From the IMG/VR virus record IMGVR_UViG_3300010347_003561, positions 1 to 64,000 of that record: DNA of 64,000 nt; one strand, given 5' to 3'. The notes beneath the pieces are model-generated. The model was not told the origin of the DNA. It worked only from the letters and a program-made list of their open reading frames with translations, and ran no database searches. Below are positions 1-10,232 of this stretch, one piece after another. The stretch's first letter is position 1. The number at the start of each line of letters is the position of its first letter. Source of the stretch: a virus. Lineage: Duplodnaviria; Caudoviricetes. The translations under genes were made by a program, and so were the position numbers.

Positions 1-2214
1 CTTTCTGTCTATTTCTTTTTGAGAATACAATCTAAGACTTTTGTACTCGTCGGCCTTCGTCTCGTACTCAACGTCCCGCATGAATTTAATGAAGTTCTTT
101 GCGTAGCTTTTTATTTCGCTTTTCAGACTGCGGCCGGATACCGAGACGTCTTTCACGGCGTTCAAATCTTTCATGTGTATCGAGTTAAGTGGTTTTGCGA
201 ACACTCTCGAGGACAGGTCGGACTCTGCGGGCTTCGCGTCGGAAATTGTGAAATCGACTCCTCCGTACGAAATCACGCGTCCTTTAAGAAATGACGAGAC
301 GAGTTTTTCGAGAGAACCCTCGTGCGATTCCTGCAAGGCGCCGTATATGCCTTTATGCTCTTTGCCCTTCAGAGATATTGGAAGGTACGGCATGTTCGAA
401 GCGTACTTGACCAGATCGCCGAACTGGTCGTAGTCGTAATAATACTCGGTCGGTTCTGCTCCGAGCGCCCTTCCGCCAGCTTCGAGCAAACGCGAGAAAT
501 TGTCGTACAACTGGTTATAACTCTCGCCGCCGGAAGCCCTGACCTTCTCGGTAGTGTTTTTCATGGCCGCGAGTCTGTCGGCTATGTCGATGGTCATTTC
601 TACGTCGAATCCAGCTTCGTGAGCTCCGGAAACCGTGCGCCCGGTGAATGATCTGTAAATAGAGGAAAGCGTCGCTGTCTTGCCGAGGTCCACTCCGTAG
701 AAGCCTTCCGCGAACCCTTTGTTTTTCAACACATCTTCGTACACGTCGTACACGGTGTGATCGCCAACGGCCTTCTGGAAAATGTCGCCTCCGAAATACC
801 TTTCAAGGAAAGGTATGTCGAATTCCTTTATGTTGTATCCGGCCATTTCCTTCGCGTCGCTCTCCTTGAGGAACCTGCTTATGCGGCCAAAGGCCTGCTC
901 TCTGGTGAGCGAGAAAGCGTGCCTCTCGCTTCCTATTACGGTTTCGAAGAGGCCTTCGTCGTTTTCCACAAAATCGCCCTTCGTTACAGCCTCGGCAAGA
1001 GTTTCGATCAGTGCCTTCTGCTCTCTGAAGCGAGCTGTGGAAGAAGGAAGCGATTCAAGCACGTCGTAGTTTATCCTGTATCCGTCGTCTTCCTTTCGGA
1101 CTATTTCGGAAAGGTTGAAGAACGACAGAGAATTCTTTGTACTGTCGTCTTTGAAAGCGAACTGAGTTATCGTCCTCTTGTTTTCTGGAAGATACCTGTT
1201 CGAAGAAGTCTCTATGTCGAAGAAGATCCTGCCGGGCTTTTTCAGTTCGAGAGAAGGGAAGTTGGTGTCCCCGTAGAGCGCCCTCGTCTCCTCGCCTAGT
1301 CGCCTGCCGGCTATTGCGTCGATCATTCTGTAAACTTGCGGCTGGAGTCTGCTGTGGCTGGTGCGCCCCTCTTTGAAATCGATCTTGTCGCGGAATTCGA
1401 AGGCGAGTTTTATGTTGTCGCTGGCCTGTCTCCTCAACTCGCCGGTGTTGTATATAACATCGAACGGTTCACCGCCGGCTTTTGCAGAGACCTTGATTAT
1501 AGGCGATATCTCGTAGCCAGGAAGCTCGAATAGCTCTCCGGCCATGGCTTCTTTCGACAGCTTAGGGCCGAGCGCTTCGGAGTTCTTCACTTTTTTCCCT
1601 TTAGTCTTCAAAAAGTCCATGACTTCCTCTTCGCCTAGCAGGTCCGTCGATTCCCCTTCGCGCCATAAATTTATTCCTACAATCTGCGAAGACATTTCGA
1701 CGCCGGACACCCTGTGCTGCCTTGACAGTTGTATCACACCGTCCGAATCGTCGAGCAAAGTGTCGCCCAGGCCAATCTCACCGCTAAGGCGGTCGTATAT
1801 AACGCCGGGCAGTTGCGCGTATTCCAGTTCGGTCTTTTCACCCAAGGCGCCGATCAGTTGCTTCGCGTTCACCACAGTCGTGTTTCTGGACATGACCATT
1901 GATTCCCTGAACGAGCCGGTCACGGCGATGAACGTATCCTTCAACTGGCGTCTCCCAACCGCGATTGAGCTTTCCGGGTCCGTCATGAACGAAGCGACCG
2001 GTATCCTCTCGAAGGAAGCGGCGGACTTCGTTTCAAACATACCGGCCAGCCGCGCGAGCGGTTCGGAAGTCGAGAAGGCCAGTTCTTTCCTGCGTGAGAA
2101 ACCGTGCGAGAACGTGTTTCTCTCGATCCTCCTCGCGTCGTTGGCTATGTCGTAAACGGTGATCGAAGAGCTTGGCGGTTCTGGTGATGCTGGCGGATCG
2201 TACTTTATAGCCAT
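1..2214 (-). CDS. Large virion-cluster protein with internal DEDDh (DnaQ-like) 3'-5' exonuclease domain; runs off the window edge
   Basis: Not in the ORF track, consistent with no stop before the window edge. ATG at 2214 after GAGGT RBS. Manual translation gives ExoI IFFDIETS (~1227-1204), ExoII GYNIKEFDIPFL (840-805) and ExoIII AHEAGFDV (624-601). Confidence 0.8.
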   Translation of the reverse strand, partial: MAIKYDPPASPEPPSSSITVYDIANDARRIERNTFSHGFSRRKELAFSTSEPLARLAGMFETKSAASFERIPVASFMTDPESSIAVGRRQLKDTFIAVTGSFRESMVMSRNTTVVNAKQLIGALGEKTELEYAQLPGVIYDRLSGEIGLGDTLLDDSDGVIQLSRQHRVSGVEMSSQIVGINLWREGESTDLLGEEEVMDFLKTKGKKVKNSEALGPKLSKEAMAGELFELPGYEISPIIKVSAKAGGEPFDVIYNTGELRRQASDNIKLAFEFRDKIDFKEGRTSHSRLQPQVYRMIDAIAGRRLGEETRALYGDTNFPSLELKKPGRIFFDIETSSNRYLPENKRTITQFAFKDDSTKNSLSFFNLSEIVRKEDDGYRINYDVLESLPSSTARFREQKALIETLAEAVTKGDFVENDEGLFETVIGSERHAFSLTREQAFGRISRFLKESDAKEMAGYNIKEFDIPFLERYFGGDIFQKAVGDHTVYDVYEDVLKNKGFAEGFYGVDLGKTATLSSIYRSFTGRTVSGAHEAGFDVEMTIDIADRLAAMKNTTEKVRASGGESYNQLYDNFSRLLEAGGRALGAEPTEYYYDYDQFGDLVKYASNMPYLPISLKGKEHKGIYGALQESHEGSLEKLVSSFLKGRVISYGGVDFTISDAKPAESDLSSRVFAKPLNSIHMKDLNAVKDVSVSGRSLKSEIKSYAKNFIKFMRDVEYETKADEYKSLRLYSQKEIDRK

Positions 2215-2225
2215 CTCGTTCAACC

Positions 2226-5200
2226 TCACTTATAAACGGTCATGTTGCTGCCGCGCGGCGCAAACGACATACTGACATGGCCGTTGCCGAGCCTAGACAG
2301 TTCGGCGAAAATGGAGAGCGTGTTTGACATATCCATGCCGGAGGAGTACATCGAATTGGCGGCCTGTAAATTGGCCAGCGAGATTTTCGCGTTCCTTATA
2401 TCGTCGTAATAGATATCAAACTTGGATATATCCTCGAAACGGTTGTAGATATCCAGCGCCCTAACGGCGTTTATATCCACGTAAGGAGACATGAGTTCTT
2501 CGCGCCTGTCCCACTCTTCTCTGTTGGCCTGTACGTATTCTCTGTACCTATCTGAAGGAATAACTTTTTTCGCCGATTCGGGGAGTCGTGTCCCGCTTTC
2601 TATTGCAGATATCGTCTTCTCTTTGAGCGTCCACATATGCTGGAGTACGCTCTCGAAGCCCGGCGAAACCATTCTGGCTATCTCTTCTCTGTCTCCCTCC
2701 GGAGCGTTGGTGAAGAATTCGAGGAAACGCTTTTCCGTTTGTGGCAACGCGGTTTTTGCCCTAGACACGCTGCCGATGTTTTCAAGCCCGTAAACCGTTA
2801 CGGCCGATTCTCCGAGAGTGTCTTCTCTCTTCTGCCTCAAATAGTCGTACATCGTTTCCAGTTCCCAACGTTCCCTCGTTTCGGCCGGTATCCACGGAGA
2901 TCCGTCTAGCCGCGAGATCTTTTCGGCGGTCGAAATGGCAAGGCCTGTTGCCCCGAGGAAGGCGCCCGCGAGGACTTGCGTTCCGATGTTGGAGCCGCTC
3001 AACGCGCCGAGCATTACGCCCCTTGCGAGGCCTGCGAATGGATTGCCTGCGGCCGTGTTGAAGGCTATCGGCTTGAGGAAGTCCTCTATCGGCTTCTGCC
3101 AGAGCGCGCGTTCCTTGCCGTAAGTCTCGTACCTGGAATAATACTCGGAAGCCGAATACTGGCCGGCGAACTTCTCGAAGAAGAAAGTGTTTATATGCGA
3201 GATCCTTTCCCACAACTGTCTCGCTGGATTTGTGCCGTAAACGGCGCGTTTCCCGAAGTCGTCAGACGTGTCTGCGACCAGGTCGTTATCGCGAATCATT
3301 TTCGGAGTCTCCGGTATTATTGCGCGTTTGTAAACGGACTCGGGCGATTCGTAGTGGTAGCGCAGACCCTTGTCTTTCGGAACGAGCAATTCGACCTCGC
3401 GGCCAGAATACGATTCGAGTATCTCGGCAGCTTTTTCCGTCTTCGCCCTCGCTATGGAATAGGCCGTGTCTATATCGACGCCCTCCGATTCATATATCCT
3501 CTTGGCCGCGATGTCCACGTCTGTCTCAAAACCATAAACCTTGATGGGCATAGTGCTCTTGCCGCCGGGCAGCACCGTCTCGAACATGCCTTCGCCGATG
3601 TAGCGGCCGAGAGAAACCTTCTCGCGGGCCATAGGCATCGAATAGGGATATTCGCTGAGGTCGTACCGCTCGTTGAGCATATCCACTCCTTCGAGTGCGG
3701 AAGCGACTTTGTAGCGCACTTCGTTCGGCAAGACGTCGCGAGCCATGAGCTTTTTCACGGCCGCCTTCTTCATGGTGTACTCCCTCGAATACGGCGCGAC
3801 ATTTGCAAGAACAAGGAACTGGTCGATCAGACCATAGTTATCGACGAGTTCGTGGGTTGCTTCATAGCCGGAACCGGGCAGTCGTATTTCGCCCATCGGG
3901 ATCTTTGAATAGATATCGCCCTCCTGGAAATTCATGAAGTAGTCCTCTCCGGGTAGCCACGGATACTTTTCCTTTACGTACTCGTTGTCTATCTCGTTGA
4001 CGTACTGATTTCCCCACAGCGAGTAATTCTTTATGACTATTCTTCTTATGTATTCGGTGAAGCCCGCCATGCCACCGAGTTCCATGTTGTAGAACTGGCG
4101 TTCTCGACCGAAGCCTACGTCGGAGGTCGCTACCTTGGCTTTCAACTGCTCTTCCTCTTGCGAACCGGCAGGCGTTATCGTGCCGGCCATGAACCCTATC
4201 ATACCTGCGTAGTTTTTCAACCAGTCGGTGAAATTGCGCAGACGTTCTTTAAGCTCGTTTTCGGATTTAGGCAGCGCGTATTCCGACGAATAGATATCGT
4301 ACGCCGGTTTGGCTATCTTCGACTTGTATTTGCTTTCCATCTCCTGCGCGAAGGCCCTCAATTGGATAACCATGTTTTTGTATTCGCCGGCTATTTCTTC
4401 GAGCGACGCCCTTACCGCCTTCGAATTCGCGGCCATCGCGTTGACAATCCTGCGGTAGTCTTCGGTGTGCATCTCGACTGGCGGCTTTATGAACATGTCT
4501 ATAGGCGCGAGCAACTTCCCTGCGATCGGGATCTCGGAAAGCGGGCCGGAACCGGTTACAGGGAAGGGCCTGTCGTGGTAATGTTTCCTTTCGAGCCAGT
4601 AAGGATCGGCAAGCTTGTTGAAGCCGAAGAGATTGAGCGGCGTAGGGAGCCACGACGCATGCTGGAAGTATTCGAGCTTCGAGCCGTACAGAATGTCTGT
4701 GTACTGCCAGCCGGAAGTCGCGGTGTGTATCAGCGAAGGCCGCCAGTACGATATCTTCGAACCCCAAACTGGCTGACGTCCGAAAGTCCAGTACCTCGAT
4801 TTCCTGACTTCTACTTCCTTCTCGCCGGAGACTTCGCGTTCGAGCTGGGCAGTAGGCCTGAGATCATGTTCGGCCACGGCAGCCACTTCTGCTGCTATCA
4901 TCGCTGCCATCGGGGAGCGTGTGAGAAGCATGGTGCCTCCGAAGGCGAGCGAGGCAGATGCACCTGGCGCTTTTTCCCTGAAATGTCTTGCCGCCCCGAC
5001 TATCCCGAGGCTTTCCGCGACCGTGTTTGCGCCTATAGCGATGGTTTTAACTGCTTCGGCGCCTATCTTCGAAGCGTCGCCGCCGGTTGCCGTGTCGAGC
5101 AAAAAGCCTCCGAATTTCAACGCCTCTATGCCCATCCATATAGGGAGTATCCTCGTCGTGAAGACTCTGCTTATGGATTGAAGGGCGTTTCTCGTCTTTT

Positions 5201-8123
5201 CGGGATTCGGCCTGCCTATGCCGAGATCTTCAAGGAGCGATATCGGCCTGTCGGCTATGTAGTGGAGTATCGTAGATGGTATCGACGGTACCTGATTCTC
5301 TTCGTTCGGGAATATCCTGCGCAGCGGAGATATGGAGCCGTGGACTCCCGGCTCGGCTTCTCTGAAGAAGAGCGAAGTATTGGCACTGGCTATGTTGTCA
5401 AGCTTCGATTTTGAGCGCATGGCGCGAGAGGTTATCCTGAACCAGTCGCCTGTGAAGGACCTCGGCACGAGCGTTTCGTACGAAGAACTCACTAGCTGTT
5501 CGTAGTCGCGCGTTACGAGTTCTCTGAGCACATCGGGTATCATGTCCTCTATCTCTATGTTCTTCTGAGAGTAGAGCTGGCGGCCGATCAACAGGTTCAT
5601 AGCGTCGGCGGCTTCCTCGTAATTCTTACGCCAGACGAAATCGACGAAAGCGTTAGACGCTATTATAGCCTCCGATTTCTTCTTCGCCAGTATCACAACG
5701 CCCTGCAACTGTTCGAAGTCCTCTGCGTCGAGAGAGAGGCCGGTCTCCTTCACGAACTGGCGTATGAGAAAATCGTTGTCTTTCGTTCCCGAGCGGAGTG
5801 CGATATCGGTGAATTTGCTGACGAGGGCGGAATTGAGCATTATGTCTTCCGTCGTTTCGCCGTACCTGGTTATCACTCTCTTGAAGATATCGGCGTAGAG
5901 GCCGACGTTTGCGCTGTTTATGAACTGGTTTTCGAACTCGTCTTTGATATGTCTCTCAAACTCGGTCGGGCCTATCCCGCGTAACATTGCGAGCAAGGCG
6001 CGGGCTGTTGCGTCGTGTTCGACGTCGATCTGTGCTTTTTCGAACGAACCGCTTATGCGGCCGAAAGTTTTCGCGTCGGTCTTGACTCCCCTGATGAACG
6101 TTTCGAACCACTCTTCCAGGCCTACAGATTCCTTGTATTTCCTCGCTATCTTTCTGAGGCCCGGCGAAGATTCGGAAAACTTCACGAGGTCTATAACGAA
6201 GCCGAGATCGTAAGCCGACTGTTCCAGATCGGAGCCCTGAACGACTCTCTTAGCCGGTCCCTTCTTAATGCGTTCCAGTTTATCCCTTATAGCGGAACCG
6301 CTGCCGGCCGAAACATCGTCTTCTACGCCGAGGCGTTCGAAGATATCTTTGAGCGCCGTGTTGTGCGTCATGACCTTGGCGGCGCGGCCGAGCCTTTCGA
6401 AGTAAGTCTCCTCGAAGTTGGCGATGTTGTTGAACGGTAGGTCCAGCCTTTTGAGTACACTGGTACGCTCAGGAAGCCTCAACATTCCGGCCTGCATCAT
6501 GTAGATCTTCGACATTCTGCTGCCTATGAAGGATTTTCCGTAGGCACGGCCTTCGCCGATCGTGTCGGTTATATCTATGTACACGGCCGGCAGCTTCTTC
6601 TTCGTCTTAATGTATTCGATCATCGGGGTGAAATCGACTTCGAGCACGGACCTGTTGCCGATCATTATCATGTTAGCGTCGCCGATTATATCGCCAACCT
6701 GGAAAGCGGACGGTATTCTTATGCCCTTGCTGGCGAAGTAATCCTCGGCCAGTTCGAGTACGCTCTTGGGTCCTTCTTTCGTCGGGATATAGTGCTTCTT
6801 CCTGAAGACGGTGGCCGAGCGTTCATACATGGCTTCGTGAACGAAACGCGGATTGAACAGCGCGATCGGATTGAATCCGATCACTGGAATCTTCGTGTTC
6901 TCGGCGAGCCAGAGCGCAGCGTCGGCAGCACGTTCGCCGAACGATCTTATAACCTTCGGTTTCCCGCCGACCTCGAAGACGCTTCGGCCTATCGGCATCT
7001 TCTCGAGGATGGAGGAATCGATCCCGCGCTTTTCCAAAAGTTCGGTGAGCTCTTCGAAGTGCTGGGCGCCGGCCCTGACTTTGCCCTTGCTCGCGTCTAT
7101 GATGTTCAGATAATCGCCGACAGTTACACTTTTGAGTTCGAGGATAGACTTTATGCCTCTCTCGTTGCCGGCCTCTTCTGAGATCTTCATGAACTCTTCG
7201 AAGATGTTCTTTTCGATTGCCTCGGATATCCTGTTTTCCGTCGAGTTCACGTGCCGCAAAACGTTTTCCAGTTCGTAAAGCCTGCGTATGTTGTACGAGT
7301 AGAAGCCGAGACGTTCGCCCTTTATTCCTTCCGACTTCGCCTTTATCTTGGCGATAACGGCCTTCCGGCCACCGGAGAAGATATCGAATATGTCTTTCCA
7401 GCTTCGCTCCTTCACCGCGTCGTTTATGTAATTGACAGTTCCGGTTATTCTATCGACGAAATCGTCTGCGAAGGATATAGCCGAGATCGCTTTCTCTCTC
7501 AACGCGTTGTTTTTCATTACGGCCTTGGCTACGCCTTTTATATTCAAAGCCGACGAAATCGCAGAGAAAGGCAAGGCCGTGGTGGCGAGGTATTCTCCGT
7601 ACGATTGTTCCTTCGCCCTTTCACCGCCGACGGCCTTGTAAACAAGATAAGAAGCGGGGTTTGACATGACCATTGCGTTTCTTAAAAAAGCGCTTATCGC
7701 GTTGCTTCTCGATTCGTCGGTCAATTCGTCGAACCGTTTTATTATCTCACCGGCACCGGTGTTCCTGAGTGCGGCGGTTAGCATGCCGCTAACGCTGACG
7801 TCGGCGAATCCTTCTATCGACTTGGTGAATATGCTCGTGTGTTTCAGGTTGTGTCTTACTGTGTTGAGAACTGTAGGATTCAGTTCCTTCTCGAGGGTGT
7901 CTATGTCGAAGAATTTCTGGAGAGACGGGAGTTTCCTGAGAGCCGAGGCTCCGATTATGTAGTCGAGTCGTTTGAACAGGCCGGTTGCCTGACCGCCCAA
8001 GAGAAGAGTTGCAGCTCCGGCCGTTACCCAGCCGAGCGGTGAAGTCTTTCTCTTTTCAACTCTTTCGCGTGCTTTTTTCGTGTCGCTCTGAAGGTCGTAT
8101 TCGTCAAACACGCGCTCGGGCAT
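2226..8123 (-). CDS. Tape-measure-like / large internal virion protein (1965 aa)
   Basis: Very long ORF directly downstream of the tube and chaperone genes; helical Ala/Gly-rich stretches and hydrophobic segments. Confidence 0.65.
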   Translation of the reverse strand: MPERVFDEYDLQSDTKKARERVEKRKTSPLGWVTAGAATLLLGGQATGLFKRLDYIIGASALRKLPSLQKFFDIDTLEKELNPTVLNTVRHNLKHTSIFTKSIEGFADVSVSGMLTAALRNTGAGEIIKRFDELTDESRSNAISAFLRNAMVMSNPASYLVYKAVGGERAKEQSYGEYLATTALPFSAISSALNIKGVAKAVMKNNALREKAISAISFADDFVDRITGTVNYINDAVKERSWKDIFDIFSGGRKAVIAKIKAKSEGIKGERLGFYSYNIRRLYELENVLRHVNSTENRISEAIEKNIFEEFMKISEEAGNERGIKSILELKSVTVGDYLNIIDASKGKVRAGAQHFEELTELLEKRGIDSSILEKMPIGRSVFEVGGKPKVIRSFGERAADAALWLAENTKIPVIGFNPIALFNPRFVHEAMYERSATVFRKKHYIPTKEGPKSVLELAEDYFASKGIRIPSAFQVGDIIGDANMIMIGNRSVLEVDFTPMIEYIKTKKKLPAVYIDITDTIGEGRAYGKSFIGSRMSKIYMMQAGMLRLPERTSVLKRLDLPFNNIANFEETYFERLGRAAKVMTHNTALKDIFERLGVEDDVSAGSGSAIRDKLERIKKGPAKRVVQGSDLEQSAYDLGFVIDLVKFSESSPGLRKIARKYKESVGLEEWFETFIRGVKTDAKTFGRISGSFEKAQIDVEHDATARALLAMLRGIGPTEFERHIKDEFENQFINSANVGLYADIFKRVITRYGETTEDIMLNSALVSKFTDIALRSGTKDNDFLIRQFVKETGLSLDAEDFEQLQGVVILAKKKSEAIIASNAFVDFVWRKNYEEAADAMNLLIGRQLYSQKNIEIEDMIPDVLRELVTRDYEQLVSSSYETLVPRSFTGDWFRITSRAMRSKSKLDNIASANTSLFFREAEPGVHGSISPLRRIFPNEENQVPSIPSTILHYIADRPISLLEDLGIGRPNPEKTRNALQSISRVFTTRILPIWMGIEALKFGGFLLDTATGGDASKIGAEAVKTIAIGANTVAESLGIVGAARHFREKAPGASASLAFGGTMLLTRSPMAAMIAAEVAAVAEHDLRPTAQLEREVSGEKEVEVRKSRYWTFGRQPVWGSKISYWRPSLIHTATSGWQYTDILYGSKLEYFQHASWLPTPLNLFGFNKLADPYWLERKHYHDRPFPVTGSGPLSEIPIAGKLLAPIDMFIKPPVEMHTEDYRRIVNAMAANSKAVRASLEEIAGEYKNMVIQLRAFAQEMESKYKSKIAKPAYDIYSSEYALPKSENELKERLRNFTDWLKNYAGMIGFMAGTITPAGSQEEEQLKAKVATSDVGFGRERQFYNMELGGMAGFTEYIRRIVIKNYSLWGNQYVNEIDNEYVKEKYPWLPGEDYFMNFQEGDIYSKIPMGEIRLPGSGYEATHELVDNYGLIDQFLVLANVAPYSREYTMKKAAVKKLMARDVLPNEVRYKVASALEGVDMLNERYDLSEYPYSMPMAREKVSLGRYIGEGMFETVLPGGKSTMPIKVYGFETDVDIAAKRIYESEGVDIDTAYSIARAKTEKAAEILESYSGREVELLVPKDKGLRYHYESPESVYKRAIIPETPKMIRDNDLVADTSDDFGKRAVYGTNPARQLWERISHINTFFFEKFAGQYSASEYYSRYETYGKERALWQKPIEDFLKPIAFNTAAGNPFAGLARGVMLGALSGSNIGTQVLAGAFLGATGLAISTAEKISRLDGSPWIPAETRERWELETMYDYLRQKREDTLGESAVTVYGLENIGSVSRAKTALPQTEKRFLEFFTNAPEGDREEIARMVSPGFESVLQHMWTLKEKTISAIESGTRLPESAKKVIPSDRYREYVQANREEWDRREELMSPYVDINAVRALDIYNRFEDISKFDIYYDDIRNAKISLANLQAANSMYSSGMDMSNTLSIFAELSRLGNGHVSMSFAPRGSNMTVYK

Positions 8124-8127
8124 GGTT

Positions 8128-8709
8128 TTAATCCTCTGTGATTGTTATGTTAGGGAAACCAAACGGATTGAACTCCTTGTGGTACGTCGGGCTTTTTTCG
8201 GGATTCTTCGGCACGACGGTCGTGGGGGTAAATCTGTCGGCCTTCGCCGGCGCGGTGGTCTGAGACTTTTCTTCCGTCATCTCGTCTATTACGGCGTTCT
8301 TCACGACCAGCGCATCGATCTCTTTGTCGAGCAACTCGTCGAACCCATCACCGGTGAAGATGCTGACCTTCAGGGCCAAGTTGTAAACTTCAGAGTGTGA
8401 CCTGTTCAGCACGTCATTTTCAAAGGTCTTGTATTCTTCGGAACTTACAGGCAGGATATCTGCTATCTTCTCTTCCATGTCGTAGCGAAGTTCATCGGAA
8501 TCGTCGTTAGATTCGACGAGTAGGTCTTCGTACAGAAGCGAAGCGATGAAGTATTTGTCCTCGTCGCGGAATATGGCGGTTGACACTGCAGCCTCCAACT
8601 CTCTCACGCTCGGAAGTCTGCAGATGACGTACCTTCCTTCTTCCTCGACGAAAAGGATATACCCGTGCTTTTTCTTCGCCCTGTAAATAGCGGAATCTAC
8701 GGCCTTCAT
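8128..8709 (-). CDS. Putative tail assembly chaperone
   Basis: Acidic 193-aa ORF between tube genes and tape-measure-like gene; ATGA-coupled to the upstream gene. Confidence 0.5.
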   Translation of the reverse strand: MKAVDSAIYRAKKKHGYILFVEEEGRYVICRLPSVRELEAAVSTAIFRDEDKYFIASLLYEDLLVESNDDSDELRYDMEEKIADILPVSSEEYKTFENDVLNRSHSEVYNLALKVSIFTGDGFDELLDKEIDALVVKNAVIDEMTEEKSQTTAPAKADRFTPTTVVPKNPEKSPTYHKEFNPFGFPNITITED

Positions 8710-9110
8710 ATCGTTACTACCGGATTATCGGACGCGAAATTGCTCGAGGCAAGTATCATGTCGGAAAGCGTCTCGATTATGCCGGCGTCCATGTCGTCTA
8801 TCATATCTTCGCTTATCTTCGGGTACAGGGAGCATGCGACGACGAGTTTGTCGGTAAATTCCAGAGCGTCCTTAGACTCGCGCTTTATCTTCTTGTAAAC
8901 GGACCTCTTCACCGGGCAAAACACGAACACGTTGTCTTCGTCGAAGATGTAGGCGAATATCTTGCTCTTGTCCTCGGCGCCCTCCATGATTGCGAAGGCC
9001 TCGGGGTGCTTTTCCTTTATCATCGCTACGGCCAGTTCGTTGTACAGCTTCAACATGGATTCGACTTTCGTCTCTTCTAGTTTTTCCGTTTCATTGGTTT
9101 TATCTTCCAT
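8706..9110 (-). CDS. Putative tail assembly chaperone
   Basis: 134 aa, acidic, canonical position, GGAG RBS. Confidence 0.55.
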   Translation of the reverse strand: MEDKTNETEKLEETKVESMLKLYNELAVAMIKEKHPEAFAIMEGAEDKSKIFAYIFDEDNVFVFCPVKRSVYKKIKRESKDALEFTDKLVVACSLYPKISEDMIDDMDAGIIETLSDMILASSNFASDNPVVTI

Positions 9111-9123
9111 TTAACTCCGCTCC

Positions 9124-9582
9124 TTATATCTCGTCTCTCTTGACGAGATCCATAGAAATAAATTGGTATATGTCTTGAAGTGGGTTGCCGTCTGGTACGG
9201 CGGTCTTTACTCCGCCGCTGAGATAGAGACCGTTGAAGGTGAATGTCGGAACTATATCGTTGCCGGTCGCGGCTACGACCATGGATGGGAGATATATCGT
9301 TCCATTCCAGAGAATCTTGGAGCCCGGCACTTTCTTGGTGAGGGCTTCCAGATAGTTTGCGTATTTCAAGTTGAAGCCGAGCTGGCCTTTCACGATCTTG
9401 TTCGTTTGCAGTACGCCGCGCGGTTCCGGCGAGAAGCAACTGTAAAACGGAACGACGCCGCTTCCGTTGGCCCACTGAATGTAAGAGACAAGGTCGAGGA
9501 CGTAACTACCGACGACAATCTCGACGTCGGAGCCGGAATAATAAACGGAAAACTGCTTCTGTTCCATCAGCATCGGCATCAC
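9124..9582 (-). CDS. Tail-tube-fold structural protein (paralog 5)
   Basis: YSGSDVEIVVG...VPFYS...P.GV....KIVKGQLGFN pattern shared with the neighbouring paralogs. Confidence 0.55.
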   Translation of the reverse strand: MMPMLMEQKQFSVYYSGSDVEIVVGSYVLDLVSYIQWANGSGVVPFYSCFSPEPRGVLQTNKIVKGQLGFNLKYANYLEALTKKVPGSKILWNGTIYLPSMVVAATGNDIVPTFTFNGLYLSGGVKTAVPDGNPLQDIYQFISMDLVKRDEI

Positions 9583-10220
9583 GTCCCTGATCTAATTATC
9601 TTTTCGTATTCTCTGGACCAGTCGGCTCTAGGCTTGTTGAACCTTATCGCGCTGGCGTCTATCTCTATGGTGCCATTCTGCGAGTCGGTGGAGACCCGCG
9701 CGTACGAGTGCCTGAGCCTTCTAGCTACAAAATCGTATATAACTATCGGTGTTGAATTGTGGTCGAGTTCCTGGCGCGACGACACTATTTTCATTTCGTC
9801 GAGAATGTCCATCGGAACTCTGCTTTCCAGTATTTCGGCACGGTAGATTATGATTATAGAGAAGGGGACGGTCTTCTCGGCCGGTATTGTGTCCAGAGAG
9901 GTTATGTAGTGAACCTGCTCTATGTCAGACAGGCGCTTGTAATAGACGAGGTTGCCGATTTGGGAATCCGATATCTGGCTCAAGACCTTCGCGAACGGGT
10001 ACTCCGTCGTCTTGTAGAACACGATGTTCCCGACGACTACGTTGGAGCCGAAAGTGAAACCATCGACTTCCTGAGTGCCGAGGTTGAAGACTGGCCTTGC
10101 CGAAGCGTCGCGAGATACGGTTATTGACGCCACTGTATCCATATACACCGGCGTCGCCATGGCGTCGGCTCTGTACATGAATATGTGGGCGTCGCTTGGT
10201 GTTATTACGGCCTGCGGCAT
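9579..10220 (-). CDS. Tail-tube-fold structural protein (paralog 4)
   Basis: SITVSRDASARPVFNLG...GFTFGSNVVVGNIVF and terminal YDFVAR match the paralog pattern. Confidence 0.55.
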   Translation of the reverse strand: MPQAVITPSDAHIFMYRADAMATPVYMDTVASITVSRDASARPVFNLGTQEVDGFTFGSNVVVGNIVFYKTTEYPFAKVLSQISDSQIGNLVYYKRLSDIEQVHYITSLDTIPAEKTVPFSIIIIYRAEILESRVPMDILDEMKIVSSRQELDHNSTPIVIYDFVARRLRHSYARVSTDSQNGTIEIDASAIRFNKPRADWSREYEKIIRSGT

Positions 10221-10232
10221 AATACCACCGGC

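Noticed and set aside
4158-5414. Long antisense ORFs (also 2976-3908, 16483-17310, 19635-20897, 26851-27750, 33248-34066)
   Set aside because: They lie opposite well-supported genes and show no recognisable motifs; most likely codon-bias shadows.
8690-8730. Programmed frameshift between the tail chaperone genes
   Set aside because: No XXXYYYZ slippery site seen; the genes are joined by an ordinary ATGA overlap.
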